Shown here piece after piece: positions 62,898 through 64,000 of a DNA stretch of 64,000 bases. Position numbers and translations under genes: made by a program. This DNA comes from Pavona decussata. Its lineage: Eukaryota. Where the stretch lies: contig CDRNST010000090.1 in assembly GCA_977016875.1 (NCBI GenBank), positions 2,976,001 to 3,040,000 on the forward strand. Reading direction: 5' to 3'. Under the pieces are notes generated by a model. The model did no database searches and had not been told where the DNA came from. It saw nothing but the letters and a program-made list of their open reading frames with translations. Every line of letters starts with the position of its first letter. Within the stretch, counting starts at the first letter, position 1.

Positions 62898-64000
62898 TGG
62901 CACCGACATCAACCATGGTATGGCTGTGCATTTTTGTTTTTTGCATTTAATTATTTTTACGAGTTTGCTTCATAGTCACTTCCTTCATTACTTCACCAGC
63001 TGTATATTTTCGAGTTTTTTATTGCTTGTTTGTTACTGACCTTACTGATAAAAGTGTTCTATATAGTCCCCTTGTTATGGTTTTCGTCTGGTGTGGTAGC
63101 TTATGTCCTCTTGGCTAAGCGAGCCTTACCTTGGTTCTGTCTTGGTTATGCCTGCCATTTCACATAATTAACACGCGCCAATTCCTTAGCAGAAGAATAC
63201 GTCTCTCATTCTTTTGTCGTCGCATTTGTCTGGCGTCCCTTTCATTAGCGGCCTTTAGGAATCGCTTCTTTTTGTTTCTTGCTTTGCGGATCTTTCTTCT
63301 TTTCCTCTAATGAACTTTCACGCGACTTTCGTGGCATGATCGATCACAATTTCGGAAGGGCGCGCTTTCCTCTCGTTCCCGCTAAACAGTACCGCAATAT
63401 AATTCCGCGATCGCGGTTCAAGATACTTGTATATGTGCCCGCGTTTCGACACCGTGATACTTATTATCCAAATTCGAATAGACAGCGGGTAATCAAAAAC
63501 AATAGAAAACATTAGGTGCGAAAGCTTTGTTCCAGAGGTGAATGTACAACTAGTAGATCTAAAGGATGGCGATTAGTTTGCAAGCTTTGTGCACAGGACG
63601 CAGAGAAGTCAAATCTGACGAAATTCAGGCTAATATTGCAATTGCAATTGCAATTGCAGCGAAATTCGCGAAAATCGATCTTGTTGATTCATTACAAAAC
63701 AAAGTACGTGGCCAAACAAAGCGTCATTTTGCCGACGCGTACCTTTTATATAATGATAGGTATATATATTTTTTGATCGGCATGATCAACTTACGCTGCA
63801 ATCGCACGGTCACGCTAGATGAACAACTGAACGACTGAGTGGACAGCTCTTTTTGTTTGCAGTTGTGTGCGTTTATAGGAATCGATTGTCTGATATTCTA
63901 GTGCAAACTTAAAATCGCTTATCTTTTCGGAACGAGTGAGAAGCGACGAGCTTTCGTTCTTATTATTTAATGTTAAGTAATTATTGAAAATCTTACGCAC

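Noticed and set aside
61510-64000. Protein-coding gene in the unique right flank
   Set aside because: Only short ORFs without recognisable motifs; the sequence looks like repeat fragments.

Overview
AT-rich eukaryotic DNA, probably a cnidarian such as a stony coral (inferred from the style of the repeats and GPCRs). The window is a tandem segmental-duplication array built from 'long' units (OTU fragment, CR1/L2-like LINE relic, variable TE cargo, GPCR) and 'short' units (GPCR only). It holds four intronless class A GPCR paralogues (11828, 36312, 54256, 59147) and one slot where the GPCR has been replaced by retro-sequence (32495-33600). TE relics include Bel/Pao, Gypsy, Penelope-like, LINE, tRNA-derived repeats and MITEs. 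The most notable object is a full-length but decayed tyrosine-recombinase retrotransposon (PAT-like, split direct repeats, 24710-30862, minus strand). Its gag, pol (RT-RNaseH-MT) and YR frames each begin at a strong, in-frame, phase-0 splice acceptor, and all three match one phase-0 donor ending a 71-codon leader exon. This suggests all three proteins are made by alternative splicing. An array of hairpins lies in the intron segment found only in unspliced RNA and is a candidate packaging/export signal. All calls are from reading the sequence by eye; relic boundaries are approximate.
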